From positions 62,001-126,000 of the IMG/VR virus record IMGVR_UViG_3300048924_000191: a stretch of DNA of 64,000 bases. The stretch is one strand, 5' to 3'. Under the pieces are notes generated by a model that was not told where the DNA came from, searched no databases, and worked only from the letters and a program-made list of their open reading frames with translations. This document shows positions 17,823 through 27,503 of the stretch, piece by piece. The translations under genes were made by a program, and so were the position numbers. Position 1 is the stretch's first letter. Every line of letters begins with the position of its first letter.

Positions 17823-18921
17823 GTCTGCCTCCAACTGCGCCATACCACCCATTGACACCATGCAAACTGGTCCATACATCCGCAACCGGCTCGTCATGCC
17901 ACTCATGCATTTTCATCACGATGAACTGCAGATGTAAAGCCCGTGCAATATCGGCAGGTACGCCGGAGATACCGAACTGATTGCAGTATTCGAAGATCCC
18001 CCAGCGTCCACCGATCGTGAAGAAGAGATCGATGGAAGACATTGGCCCGATCACCTCAGAGCAGAGTCGCTCGAAGTATTCACGATCAACCTCCGGGTGG
18101 TCGACGAACCATTTATCCGCATCGTCACAGATGTTCGAATGTTCGATCCGCACACCACCTCCGGTGGCTTGAGTGTACTTACTGCCGGTTGGCTCATCGT
18201 CGGTCTTTCTGACTTGACGTTCCTGGAAGTAGACTGGTTTACCTTCAAAGTCGGTCAGTACGCGAAACTCTTTCTCGACGAACTGCACACGACTCTGCAC
18301 CAAGTACCCTTGTTGGTGTAGTGCGACAAGACCCTCGTATTTCTCTCGGTCCCCGCTCGAGTGGTATTCTACATGTTCACCGAAGTCCTCGAGGAACTTG
18401 TTGAACGCGTCATCTTCCAACTTCTTGTTAGCCGCCTGTTCGACAATCCAGTCAAGGCGCTTGAGGAAGAAGTCGAGGTTGATGTAATGGCTATCCAACA
18501 CGAAGTGACCAATACCCCGTGCGCCATCAAGTGGTTTAATAACCAACCAACCGGTGGCATCGGGATAGTTGCGTTTACCCCAACCAACTGCCCAGGCAGG
18601 TACGTTCTCGAAATTGGTTTTACTGCCGTAGTTCTTATTGAACCGACGGAGCAACACACCCTGAACGTCTTTCGGGTATCGCTTCAAACCGATGTACTGA
18701 CCGGGTTCCAGTAGATCACTCCACGGCGTCTTACTGTACCCACCGTCGATCAACAGATCGAAGTTAGGGACGCTCCCATGGAAGGTGTGGGACAGTCTTG
18801 GATCGTTGTGGATGAGGACCCGAACACGAGAATCGTCAGACAGCGGGAATTCCAGAGCGGTACCCAGCGTGGCGAAGTTATCCATCTTCGGATCGATGGC
18901 AATGACGACGGTTTTCGACAT
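17809..18921 (-). CDS. ATP-grasp ligase (RimK/glutathione-synthetase-like)
   Basis: VIKPLDGARGIG, YLVQ, EFRV, IDLF...IFEYCNQFG. Confidence 0.75.
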   Translation of the reverse strand: MSKTVVIAIDPKMDNFATLGTALEFPLSDDSRVRVLIHNDPRLSHTFHGSVPNFDLLIDGGYSKTPWSDLLEPGQYIGLKRYPKDVQGVLLRRFNKNYGSKTNFENVPAWAVGWGKRNYPDATGWLVIKPLDGARGIGHFVLDSHYINLDFFLKRLDWIVEQAANKKLEDDAFNKFLEDFGEHVEYHSSGDREKYEGLVALHQQGYLVQSRVQFVEKEFRVLTDFEGKPVYFQERQVRKTDDEPTGSKYTQATGGGVRIEHSNICDDADKWFVDHPEVDREYFERLCSEVIGPMSSIDLFFTIGGRWGIFEYCNQFGISGVPADIARALHLQFIVMKMHEWHDEPVADVWTSLHGVNGWYGAVGGRHESR

Positions 18922-18985
18922 AAAAAGAATCCTTGCAAAAGAAAGAGAGCAATGCAGTCATACCTGCATTGCTCAGGGTAAAGTC

Positions 18986-19768
18986 TTACAGCTCCGTGAT
19001 GTCTTCCTCTTTCACGCGGTAAGCTTCAGCGGGTGGTTGTTCTTTCGCGAGTTGAACGCCGAAAGCGGCCCTACGTTCGTCATGAACGGTAGGAGGGAGA
19101 TACCGCGGACTGGACTGCAGCTCCAGCCGCATCTTTTCAACCTTGCGATTCACGCACGCTGGACAATTACCACATTCCAGATAGACCTTTCGTTCGTCCA
19201 ATGTCTTCTCTACCGGAAGCTCACATACCCAGCAAAGTTTGTAGAGCTCGCGATCGAGTGCCTCCAGGACATGAGCTTTGGTACGATAGGCCTCCGCCAA
19301 AGGGAACTCCAAAGGTACGAGCTCTCCGAGTTTGAAGACCGGCCACAGAAGTTCCCACGCCTGTTTCAAACGCCATAACGCTGGTGTGATCTGGTCACCG
19401 GATATATAGCCAATCTGCACCGACGAATGTCGACTTGGATCAGCAGCAGACATCGCACCAAAGAACCAGGCATACGCTTGAGTGAAGCCAGCACCCGGGA
19501 AAAGTGCGTGGTTGTGATATTCGTATTCTGTGATGGCCTCCCTCATGACGCAGGAGTACTGCAAGTCCTGCCGGCGTTCCGCCAACATACCGTCGAGCTT
19601 ACTGACGATGTCGGCGATAGCCATTTTCTCGGCACGAATCTTGTCCGTACCCTGACCACCACGAATATAGAGGCGATCAAAACCATAACCAGTCTCTACA
19701 GCTTTCTGGGCCAGGTAGGTGGAATCAACACCGCCGGAAAGGAGAATCAATGGGCGTTTCTGACTCAT
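18986..19768 (-). CDS. QueC-like PP-loop ATPase
   Basis: LLSGGVDST; CWVCE.P...CGNCPAC zinc site. Confidence 0.8.
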   Translation of the reverse strand: MSQKRPLILLSGGVDSTYLAQKAVETGYGFDRLYIRGGQGTDKIRAEKMAIADIVSKLDGMLAERRQDLQYSCVMREAITEYEYHNHALFPGAGFTQAYAWFFGAMSAADPSRHSSVQIGYISGDQITPALWRLKQAWELLWPVFKLGELVPLEFPLAEAYRTKAHVLEALDRELYKLCWVCELPVEKTLDERKVYLECGNCPACVNRKVEKMRLELQSSPRYLPPTVHDERRAAFGVQLAKEQPPAEAYRVKEEDITEL

Positions 19769-20184
19769 TGACCCACCTCCTTCGAGTTACCAACGAGTTC
19801 CAGTTCTGCTTCGCTATAGACGAAGCTCGTCACGTCACCTTCTGGGTGGCGGTAGAGGGTGTGGAACCAGTCGTTGAGTTTGGCGATCGAGACAAAGGCC
19901 GCGGTCATGCGCAAAGTGCCGTACGATTTTATTTGAGGGCGTTTAAGCAAAGCTTGAGACAAACCCACAGCCGTGCAGTTGAGTACGTCAGGGAGATGCT
20001 TACGCTTCTCAGCGCGGCTCTGCCAGCACTCCAGACGCACCGCCGATTCGATTGGGACGATACTCCCCAGAGTGTCGACAGGCAGGTAGAGACACACTCC
20101 AACCTCGTGAAGGATTTCCCCGGTCTTTGCGCGAGGGTTGACCACGACTTCAGGTTTGTTGAAGGTAGCGGTTTCGGTGATCAT
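19765..20184 (-). CDS. Hypothetical protein
   Basis: AAGGAG RBS, coupled to QueC-like gene. Confidence 0.65.
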   Translation of the reverse strand: MITETATFNKPEVVVNPRAKTGEILHEVGVCLYLPVDTLGSIVPIESAVRLECWQSRAEKRKHLPDVLNCTAVGLSQALLKRPQIKSYGTLRMTAAFVSIAKLNDWFHTLYRHPEGDVTSFVYSEAELELVGNSKEVGQ

Positions 20185-20232
20185 GCTGAACTCCTTGTTT
20201 GTCAGCTGATGTTGAAGATAGGCAGTGTTGAC

Positions 20233-20601
20233 TTAAGACGTCTGGTGTACGGACTCAGAAGGGCTTCCAGGATCAGGTTGTTTGTTTCTCTGTCCGCTAC
20301 GAACGCCCCCGTAAATTCTTCCATGGAGTTTCATTGAGAGGACAACACCCAATGACCCACCAAACCCGGTGCTGAGTAATGCCCACCATCCGCCTGCTAC
20401 GATGAGCGTGACGTTGGTGACCTCAAGTGCGGTGACAGTCCAGGACATGAAGTAGGCGGACTTCGTGTGTCCGGCTACGATGTTCTTGGTCTGGAACGTT
20501 TTGGCAAATGCCAGAAGGAACGTCGCCAGGGCGCTGCCGGTGTAGGTCACCATCGGAGGCAACCAGAGTAATTGCTGATAGATCTCAAAGAGCTGGTCCA
20601 T
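20233..20601 (-). CDS. Small multi-TM membrane protein
   Basis: Three hydrophobic segments, GFGGSLG. Confidence 0.7.
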   Translation of the reverse strand: MDQLFEIYQQLLWLPPMVTYTGSALATFLLAFAKTFQTKNIVAGHTKSAYFMSWTVTALEVTNVTLIVAGGWWALLSTGFGGSLGVVLSMKLHGRIYGGVRSGQRNKQPDPGSPSESVHQTS

Positions 20602-21137
20602 CAGTTTTCCTTACCAAAACGTTCTTGTAGTTCGTTCCGGTACTCGTCCGTAGGAGCAAACGCATGGAGATGCTCGATGCCATAAGCTTTAGCTACGACA
20701 ACGACAAACCAATTCGGCTTGGTGTAGAAGACCTCCATGGTTCGTTCGCCGACTACGTGTGGTCGATATTCGTATAGATCGAAGAATACTTCCTGAGCTT
20801 CTTCGGTCATCCCGCGGTCACCCATATTGCAGAGTTCGGCGTATACGTTATCCCACTGTGTTTGCTCCTCGATGAGGAGGACTTCCTGTTCATGTGTCGC
20901 GATATGATCGGCCGAGGTATCGAGAGGGCGGAACATCCGGACGTAGTTCTCAGCGTTCACGACCTCCATGATTAGATCTAGAGCTTCTGGTCGCCCCAAT
21001 TTCTCGGCGATCTCTTTAACAAAAGTCCGCTTAAGCTCTAACATTTCTGCAGTCGGGACGTACAGACTCATGACGTGCTTTTGGATGTTAGAAAGAGCCG
21101 CCGAAGCGGCCTGTACTTCGGCACGAATGACCTTCAT
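20601..21137 (-). CDS. Hypothetical protein
   Basis: Operon context. Confidence 0.7.
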   Translation of the reverse strand: MKVIRAEVQAASAALSNIQKHVMSLYVPTAEMLELKRTFVKEIAEKLGRPEALDLIMEVVNAENYVRMFRPLDTSADHIATHEQEVLLIEEQTQWDNVYAELCNMGDRGMTEEAQEVFFDLYEYRPHVVGERTMEVFYTKPNWFVVVVAKAYGIEHLHAFAPTDEYRNELQERFGKEN

Positions 21138-21139
21138 GT

Positions 21140-21934
21140 TTAGGCACCCCTAGGGTAGATGCGCAACACTTCGACGAGGCGTTGGAGATTACGCTCTTTG
21201 AGATTGGTGAGTTGAGTCTCGTGACTGTTCTCGATCACCGTTGGGTGTACATCAAGAACCAGCTCTAATCGGGGAGCGTTGGAGATGAACGTTTCAACCA
21301 CGACCTTAACCAACTTCTTGCGAAGCGTAGCCCCCAACCAATCCTGGAGCTTGCCGAGCGTCTGGATCGTAAGGCCGGCCGGCATGCACAGGAATGCCAC
21401 GTCATGCAGCTCAGCTTCTTCGTATTCGCTGTTGTCGCCGATGAAGAATTGCTCTTCGCCTTCTTCGTATACGAGGCGAATGCGGAAGAAGTTGTCCGTA
21501 GTGAGCCCTTCCCAATTGCGTGCGACCTCACCCCAATTACCTTCGGTGGAACGACCAGACACTTCCTTTTCGTCGACGTACTCGTACTTCTCCAGTCGAG
21601 GAAGCGTGGAGAGGTTATAAAAATCGAGGTCTTGCGAACCACGGTACGGACTACCCTGCACTGCGGTTATCCGGCAAAAGCTCGAACCGTTTATATCGAC
21701 GCCAGCCATCGTGACGGATGTTGGATCAACAGAATGTTCGGTTCGGTTCTCAAGCTTCATCGCCCCCAACACATGTTCGATCGACAGCGCGGTCTTCGAG
21801 ATCGTAACCCCTTCCGGGATGTCGAACCGATTGATGACGTAATCGATGAGGCTTTTGGTGTATTCGAACGTCAGGCCGTTTTGCACCATCAGGCGACGGT
21901 GCACTTCTTCGTAAAGCGGGTCTTTGAGAGACAT
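21140..21934 (-). CDS. Hypothetical protein
   Basis: AAGGAGG RBS. Confidence 0.7.
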   Translation of the reverse strand: MSLKDPLYEEVHRRLMVQNGLTFEYTKSLIDYVINRFDIPEGVTISKTALSIEHVLGAMKLENRTEHSVDPTSVTMAGVDINGSSFCRITAVQGSPYRGSQDLDFYNLSTLPRLEKYEYVDEKEVSGRSTEGNWGEVARNWEGLTTDNFFRIRLVYEEGEEQFFIGDNSEYEEAELHDVAFLCMPAGLTIQTLGKLQDWLGATLRKKLVKVVVETFISNAPRLELVLDVHPTVIENSHETQLTNLKERNLQRLVEVLRIYPRGA

Positions 21935-21948
21935 GTTTATCATCCTCC

Positions 21949-22185
21949 TTAAAGTTCTGAGCAACGCAAATAGAAGTACGCGTTCGGCGTCCAGGTATTT
22001 TTGCCACGGATGTAGTTCGTTCCTTTGGATAGAACTTCGACATTGGCGGCCGGCGCCATATCCGTCACGTATTCCATCATGCCTTTACGGCATTGTTCTA
22101 CGGAGGAGTACTCGATGTGATCAATCGTCGAGCCTCCTTGCTGACTTACCGTGACAATCAATACAGCTTTCGCTAAGAGACCCAT
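21949..22185 (-). CDS. Small, possibly exported protein
   Basis: Hydrophobic N-terminus, two Cys, AAGGAG RBS. Confidence 0.6.
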   Translation of the reverse strand: MGLLAKAVLIVTVSQQGGSTIDHIEYSSVEQCRKGMMEYVTDMAPAANVEVLSKGTNYIRGKNTWTPNAYFYLRCSEL

Positions 22186-22195
22186 GTGCTACTCC

Positions 22196-22804
22196 TTAAC
22201 GATACTGGTAGGTGGTATCGAGGGTGAGACGGACCAGTTGACGATTGGTGTCTTGGCTGACGACGTGGCCTTCGTGGATGAAGGTAGAGTTGCCGAGGTA
22301 CGTGATGTTCTCCTCGAGCCAGAAGTTTTCCATCTTGCTGAATTGATCACGCAGGTGTTCGCAATCACCGCCACGCCCTGCTGCGCCGTCTACCGTACCG
22401 ACGAATGCTTCGCACGCCATGAAGGTGCTGGCCATGACCACACCGCCCAGATCCGAGTGGTATTGCAGGCGCTGTTGTTCTTCAGTCAGAAGGCGGCCCG
22501 GAGTACCGTTCAGCCAGCCGCCTGAGCTACCCCAACCAAACAGGTAGTTACCGTCGATGTGTACGCCGCCACGGCGCAGTTTGTTGCTCTTCTTCAGGAA
22601 CTGTTCGTCGATGGTGACGTAGAACCCGGTGTGCGCTGGGATACCTGCGTCCTGGAGCATCTTGTCGATCACGGAGTGGTATTGTTCAGGTACGCCTTGC
22701 AGCGGATGACCCACCAGATTGCGAGCCATGTAAACCTGCGCACCGGTGAATTCTGGGAAAGTAACTTGACCTACAGCGCGTGCTTTGGAATGAAGTTGCG
22801 ACAT
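22196..22804 (-). CDS. Putative 2OG-Fe(II) oxygenase-like protein
   Basis: RRGGVHIDG (HxD), distal HE, RQLVRL. Confidence 0.6.
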   Translation of the reverse strand: MSQLHSKARAVGQVTFPEFTGAQVYMARNLVGHPLQGVPEQYHSVIDKMLQDAGIPAHTGFYVTIDEQFLKKSNKLRRGGVHIDGNYLFGWGSSGGWLNGTPGRLLTEEQQRLQYHSDLGGVVMASTFMACEAFVGTVDGAAGRGGDCEHLRDQFSKMENFWLEENITYLGNSTFIHEGHVVSQDTNRQLVRLTLDTTYQYR

Positions 22805-22849
22805 GTTTTGTATCTCCATTTAGAAAAGTTGCGGCATAAAGAAAAGAAA

Positions 22850-23504
22850 TACCGCCCCTGTCCTTCGCTTGGTCGAGAACTCAGGCGCACGCCCTGGCTG
22901 TTCAACTCAATTTATGAATTGAACAGTGGCGAACGGCTGGAACTCCGGCCGGAAGGCATTTACTTCGGGGCGGTGGGTGCTTCTATACTCGACGGTCTGT
23001 AGGTGCTTAGTCAGCATGTTGCTTAAGCCCGCTACCCAGGCAGATTGTCGTCGTGGTATTGCGACATCACACAGATGTCTGGTTTTGGCCGGTCATCCCG
23101 TACCTGAGGTGTGACTATCTACGCTCATCAGTGAACTGTCGTCTGCCAGAAGTTCAAAGGCGTCAGGGAGTCTGGTCCGTGCCTAACCAGGTTCCAATGA
23201 CCTGTGGCTCGGGGGCGAGGGGCGCGAAGCGAGCGCTGTGATTTACGCTGAGTCAAAAGTATCGCGGAGCTGGCGCCCTTGCCTGACAGTACCCGGAGTA
23301 CTGGGACAACGAACAGCGGCTTTCGCAAAACCTTCGGAGAGAGCCGGGCCGTCAACGAATATACGAAGACGGGCCGAGTGTCGTCCCAAAGGATCATCCA
23401 GACCGAGCGGATCTTAACAGCGAAGCTTCGGAGTAACTGAACCAAACGATCCATGGCTCTCCTTAGCGTGCGGCGGTGGTTTTACATATAATGGCACATC
23501 GCCG
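22850..23504. ncRNA. Candidate large structured RNA region (~650 nt)
   Basis: Dense nested inverted repeats; 22850-23127 has no convincing ORF; overlapping ORF 23128-23454 is doubtful. Confidence 0.45.
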
Positions 23505-23511
23505 TAAGTAG

Positions 23512-23757
23512 TTACAAGAACGAGGTCTTCTTGACCGTTACGAAGTCTTTGTGGAACTCCACGGTCTTGCCCGGGTAGAGCTTCTTGACCAGTTTCATTG
23601 CCAGCTTGTCCTTGGTAGCCGCTGGGAGAACGCCTACCAGCACGACACGATTGTCGTGTTCTTCCACCACGAAGGATGGATTGCGAATCGGATCGACGTG
23701 CGTCCACGAGAACACGTTGTTGCCGGCATGTTGTTTCTTGTACTGCGTCTTGTCCAT
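23512..23757 (-). CDS. Hypothetical protein
   Basis: AGGA RBS, operon context. Confidence 0.7.
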   Translation of the reverse strand: MDKTQYKKQHAGNNVFSWTHVDPIRNPSFVVEEHDNRVVLVGVLPAATKDKLAMKLVKKLYPGKTVEFHKDFVTVKKTSFL

Positions 23758-23761
23758 GGAG

Positions 23762-23959
23762 TTACGTCCTGATGAGTTTGGTTTGTTCTACCCGTGCGGG
23801 CGGTGTGAGTGACTTGTCTTCCGCCCTACAGCTTTTGTAGGCAAGGAACGAGACCAGACAAACGAACAGGCCTACCAGCACCCAGTTAGCTTGTTCGTCT
23901 TTCTTGGCGCAGACACAAGACTTGCCGTGAGTCTTCCAGCAATCGCAGGATGACATCAC
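23762..23959 (-). CDS. Small Cys-rich membrane protein
   Basis: C.C.....SC.C plus TM segment. Confidence 0.55.
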   Translation of the reverse strand: MMSSCDCWKTHGKSCVCAKKDEQANWVLVGLFVCLVSFLAYKSCRAEDKSLTPPARVEQTKLIRT

Positions 23960-24309
23960 GCCACCTTCTTGCGTTGCTGTTTACGCACAGTCCATACGAT
24001 GGTCGTAGGTCGTGCTGCTGAGATCCAGCGATGAGCCATACGGTTCGTTGCCTGGCACCAAGCAGTCACGAGCTCATACCCCTGACCTGTGGCGTCAGTG
24101 AACGCACAACGACCGACGAAGATGTTCTTACCGTCAGTGTGGAGGTTGAAGACCTGCTCAACGAGGAGCATGTGCGGGATATCCAACACGGGGGTTGGTT
24201 TGGTGATGTAATCGATGTAACCTTCTTTCCCGATCACCCGCGGGAAGGACTTGGGGCTGTGCGTGAACTTAGACAAAGCCCCAAGTAAAGGATCGTCTAA
24301 TACCGACAT
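23956..24309 (-). CDS. Hypothetical protein
   Basis: AGGAGG RBS. Confidence 0.65.
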   Translation of the reverse strand: MSVLDDPLLGALSKFTHSPKSFPRVIGKEGYIDYITKPTPVLDIPHMLLVEQVFNLHTDGKNIFVGRCAFTDATGQGYELVTAWCQATNRMAHRWISAARPTTIVWTVRKQQRKKVA

Positions 24310-24318
24310 CCTGACCTC

Positions 24319-24798
24319 CTAGGTTTTGTTGCTGGCGGCATTCTGCTTGGCGATCAGATGGGTCACCGACATACCGGCAAAGATCCCATTTATCTCGCAT
24401 CTGAGCGCCGTCTCTTCAGCCAGTAGGGAATTGCATTTATCTTTGATCTCAACGATCTTGGCTTGACGAGACATCAGGTTATCGACACATTCGTCGTAAT
24501 ACTCGTCGTCATGGTTGCGCAACCATGTCAACTCACGAATGAAGTGCTCTTCCCGCAGTCTGACGTAACGTTTGTTGAGATACGCCACGGTCGATTTGAA
24601 TATTCGGGACAGGCAGAAACTGACCAGTACCGCATAGAACATCACCAACTCAACTTTCCCGGGTAATGCGTGGAGAAAGAGGAGAGTGGTTGCGATCACA
24701 ACAGCGGTGAAGATGAGGAATAAGATCAGTTCCCGCAACATCTGACGCAACTTCCAGTTGGAGTGTGTGCCAGCATGGGCGAATTCGTATGGAGTCAT
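24319..24798 (-). CDS. Two-TM membrane protein with coiled-coil tail
   Basis: AAGGAA RBS before MTPYEF. Confidence 0.65.
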   Translation of the reverse strand: MTPYEFAHAGTHSNWKLRQMLRELILFLIFTAVVIATTLLFLHALPGKVELVMFYAVLVSFCLSRIFKSTVAYLNKRYVRLREEHFIRELTWLRNHDDEYYDECVDNLMSRQAKIVEIKDKCNSLLAEETALRCEINGIFAGMSVTHLIAKQNAASNKT

Positions 24799-24818
24799 CA
24801 ATAACTTCCTTTGTAAGT

Positions 24819-24848
24819 AGGGCGGGGAAATCCCCGCCCTGTATGCCG
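24819..24848. terminator. Hairpin terminator
   Basis: AGGGCGGGGA/TCCCCGCCCT then GTATGCCG. Confidence 0.75.
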
Positions 24849-25982
24849 TTAACGTCCGCCGAAGCCTGCGCGCTGGCGACCTTTGCGGAATTCGAGGTTC
24901 TCGTGCCAGTTCAGAGCTTCTGCGAGGGTGAACTTGTTGCGACCTTCTGGGAAGACCACCTCGTGTTCGCAGTGCATCATTTCGCGAACCGCGATCGCCT
25001 GCTCCAGATCCAGGTGTTTGAACTCCAGGATGTCGAAGCAACGACCACCACGGGTGAGCGCCTCGTCGACCTTGTGGAGACTTTCCAGGTTGGTCGAGAT
25101 GATGATCTTGGTATCACGAGAAACGATACCGTTTGCCGCGCTGAGCATCGCCTGCATGTTGGAGTTACCCAGATCACGAGCTTCGACCAACTTGTCGGAG
25201 TCTTCGGTAACGAAGATTGCACCAGAACGCAGACCGCGGATGTAGTCAGCCAGAGATGGGTTCAGGAGAACGTCTTCACGGTCAGCCATGTGGGCGTTAT
25301 CGTCAGCGAAGTTTGCGACGTGCAGAAGCTCGGTAATCCAGTTGGACTTGCCGGTGCCTGGCGGACCGATCAGCAGGACGACGTTGGAGTTGGACGCCTT
25401 GAACTCCTGCCAGAAAGCGGCCGGTAATTGACGCGGTTCGAAGTACGGGTACATCTTCTGGATATCGGAGATCGCTTGCCGTGGAGCAATCGGTTCCCAG
25501 CCCGGGATGATACCGCCGTTACCGTTCAGGGTCAGACGGGTCATGACCGGCACTTTATCCGACTTGGCCAGTTCGGCGAATTGACCGGTGACGTAGTCCA
25601 CCAGCTTCTTACCGCCCAGCAGGTCGTAGAACGCTTTGGTGTTCTCGTTCTTGACGTTCACCAGGGCACCGAACACTTCATCGTCAGAAACGATCAGGCG
25701 GCCCATGATGACGCGAACGAAGCGCAGACCTGCGGGCTTGAGGATCTCTTCTTCGAAGATCCGCAAGATGACCGTGTCGTTGTCTTCCGGTTTGATATTC
25801 AGCGGAACGTTGGTCTCCAGCTTCTTCTGCACGCAGTTGATACCACGGCCTGCAAAGAACAGGCGAGATACGTCGTACAGGTTGTCGCCGCGCAGCAGCG
25901 CCAGACGCTCGGAGAAGAAGTGGATCTCTTCCAGCAGTTTCTGGGAGGCTTGTGGTTCACGGAAAATATTCAGATTAGTCAT
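24849..25982 (-). CDS. AAA+ ATPase
   Basis: GPPGTGKS, FVTEDSD (Walker B), IISTN...DEALTRGGRCFD (second region of homology). Confidence 0.88.
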   Translation of the reverse strand: MTNLNIFREPQASQKLLEEIHFFSERLALLRGDNLYDVSRLFFAGRGINCVQKKLETNVPLNIKPEDNDTVILRIFEEEILKPAGLRFVRVIMGRLIVSDDEVFGALVNVKNENTKAFYDLLGGKKLVDYVTGQFAELAKSDKVPVMTRLTLNGNGGIIPGWEPIAPRQAISDIQKMYPYFEPRQLPAAFWQEFKASNSNVVLLIGPPGTGKSNWITELLHVANFADDNAHMADREDVLLNPSLADYIRGLRSGAIFVTEDSDKLVEARDLGNSNMQAMLSAANGIVSRDTKIIISTNLESLHKVDEALTRGGRCFDILEFKHLDLEQAIAVREMMHCEHEVVFPEGRNKFTLAEALNWHENLEFRKGRQRAGFGGR

Positions 25983-25991
25983 GCTGCTTCC

Positions 25992-26294
25992 TTACTTACG
26001 GTCTAGTGGTAGTGGTTGAACATTATGTTGCAAAAAGCGATCGGTCTCGTCGTAGTCCGGACCACCCAACTGGTCCTCGAGGTCATGGAACTCAGCGCGA
26101 GTTAACCGAGTACGGCAGGATGAAGCGTTGTCGCGGTACTGTACACGCATACCGCCGGTACGTACCTCTTCGCCGAGACTCTCTCCGTCCTGCACGCGAT
26201 GGGGTATGTCGTGATCGTCTGCTCCCAGGGATGCGCGGATAGATGATGTTGAAGTGCGGTCTTTCTTGCGGTTGGTTAGGTCGGTAAATTTCAT
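25992..26294 (-). CDS. RKK-motif small acidic protein 7
   Basis: MKFTDLTNRKKDR. Confidence 0.7.
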   Translation of the reverse strand: MKFTDLTNRKKDRTSTSSIRASLGADDHDIPHRVQDGESLGEEVRTGGMRVQYRDNASSCRTRLTRAEFHDLEDQLGGPDYDETDRFLQHNVQPLPLDRK

Positions 26295-26304
26295 GATCAG
26301 TCGT

Positions 26305-26562
26305 CTACCTACTCACGTAAGGATTGAAGTAACCCGAATTCCACGACTGATGCATGCGGATAGGATCTTCATCGATACTCACCGATCGTTCGGTTCCAGC
26401 TCGTCGAGATTTCGGCGATCTGTAAACAACAGCACCGCCAAACTTAGGATCAGTCCTCGTACCGTCCATATCGACAGGCTCATCTCTGGTGTCATCCGTT
26501 CCCCAGAATTGGCGGTCGTACGACGGGCGGTCGACACACTTCTTACGGTTAATGTCAGACAT
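26305..26562 (-). CDS. RKK-motif small protein 6
   Basis: MSDINRKKCVD; start 26562 or 26571. Confidence 0.7.
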   Translation of the reverse strand: MSDINRKKCVDRPSYDRQFWGTDDTRDEPVDMDGTRTDPKFGGAVVYRSPKSRRAGTERSVSIDEDPIRMHQSWNSGYFNPYVSR

Positions 26563-26893
26563 CGGCCTCATCCCTCATCCCCGGCCACGGTTCAGGGAAC
26601 TTGCCTGGCGGACATGCTTGTATCGGAATCATCATCTCCTTAGGCATTTCTCGCCAGTTGGTAGCCAAGTCGAAGTGCCCGTCTTCAGCGCAGTGTTCGC
26701 GAAGCTGGTCCTGATCCCATACGCCGCATTCAGGTTCTGCATACTCGTGGTCATCATCGGCGTTGTGCTGATGGGTGTCGGCATGTACGTCGGGATCGTA
26801 AGGAACTTCCCCAACGAATTCCTCAACCACGCAGGACCCACGAAAGACCTGTTGTAACGGCACGCGTTTCTTTCGGAACACACTCCTGTTCAT
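26555..26893 (-). CDS. RKK-motif small acidic protein 5
   Basis: MNRSVFRKKRV...PYDPD. Confidence 0.75.
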   Translation of the reverse strand: MNRSVFRKKRVPLQQVFRGSCVVEEFVGEVPYDPDVHADTHQHNADDDHEYAEPECGVWDQDQLREHCAEDGHFDLATNWREMPKEMMIPIQACPPGKFPEPWPGMRDEADV

Positions 26894-27240
26894 TTGTCCC
26901 TCCCTTCCCCGTCGTGATATCCATACGCGGCGTTGATGTCTGGCTCATCATCACCTATTCCTTCCGGAAACCAGGGAACGTGACTAACTTCCCTGAGCTG
27001 GTTTGAATTGTGCCAACCACCGTCACCATCGCCATCGCGATTGGTATCCATGTCTAGCCCCATGTCGTAGTCGTCAGGGTCTCCAGGACCGAAGTCGTCC
27101 ATTTGGAAAATGCACGAGTCAGGTCTCTCTTCGATGTCGATGACGACAGCCTCATGGAACTCCGGAATATAGCCGGAACCTCTGACGAAAGCTTCCAGCG
27201 TCAACTCCTTCTTGCGGTAGAGCTTATGCCTGGCCATCAT
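26890..27240 (-). CDS. RKK-motif small acidic protein 4
   Basis: MMARHKLYRKKEL...GYIPE. Confidence 0.75.
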   Translation of the reverse strand: MMARHKLYRKKELTLEAFVRGSGYIPEFHEAVVIDIEERPDSCIFQMDDFGPGDPDDYDMGLDMDTNRDGDGDGGWHNSNQLREVSHVPWFPEGIGDDEPDINAAYGYHDGEGRDK

Positions 27241-27500
27241 CCACCTCTAGCGAAGTCACACACCAAGTCACGGTTCTGACCGCGGAGTAGACTGGTACCG
27301 TGCCCATAATCGGGATCTCGAACCCGACCGCCGTCACCCTCATGTTGGAACATTCGGCTTTCGACCGAATGTGAGGACATCGTGTGGTTCACCATCTCAG
27401 GATCGAAGGGGAGATCGGTCAACGTCTCGCCGTCATGTAGACCGCGTTCGTTGATAGTGGTTGCAACACCGTCGTATTTCTTTCTTTCAAATCGTGGCAT
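27237..27500 (-). CDS. RKK-motif small acidic protein 3
   Basis: MPRFERKKYD...PFDPE. Confidence 0.75.
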   Translation of the reverse strand: MPRFERKKYDGVATTINERGLHDGETLTDLPFDPEMVNHTMSSHSVESRMFQHEGDGGRVRDPDYGHGTSLLRGQNRDLVCDFARGG

Positions 27501-27503
27501 GGT

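Noticed and set aside
23120-23190. Hammerhead ribozyme: minus-strand CUGAUGA directly after a UGAACU/AGUUCA stem
   Set aside because: No correctly placed GAAA or stem III found on either side.
23128-23454. 108-aa ORF with AAGGAG RBS
   Set aside because: Not listed as CDS: atypical composition and it overlaps dense RNA-like pairing; left unresolved.
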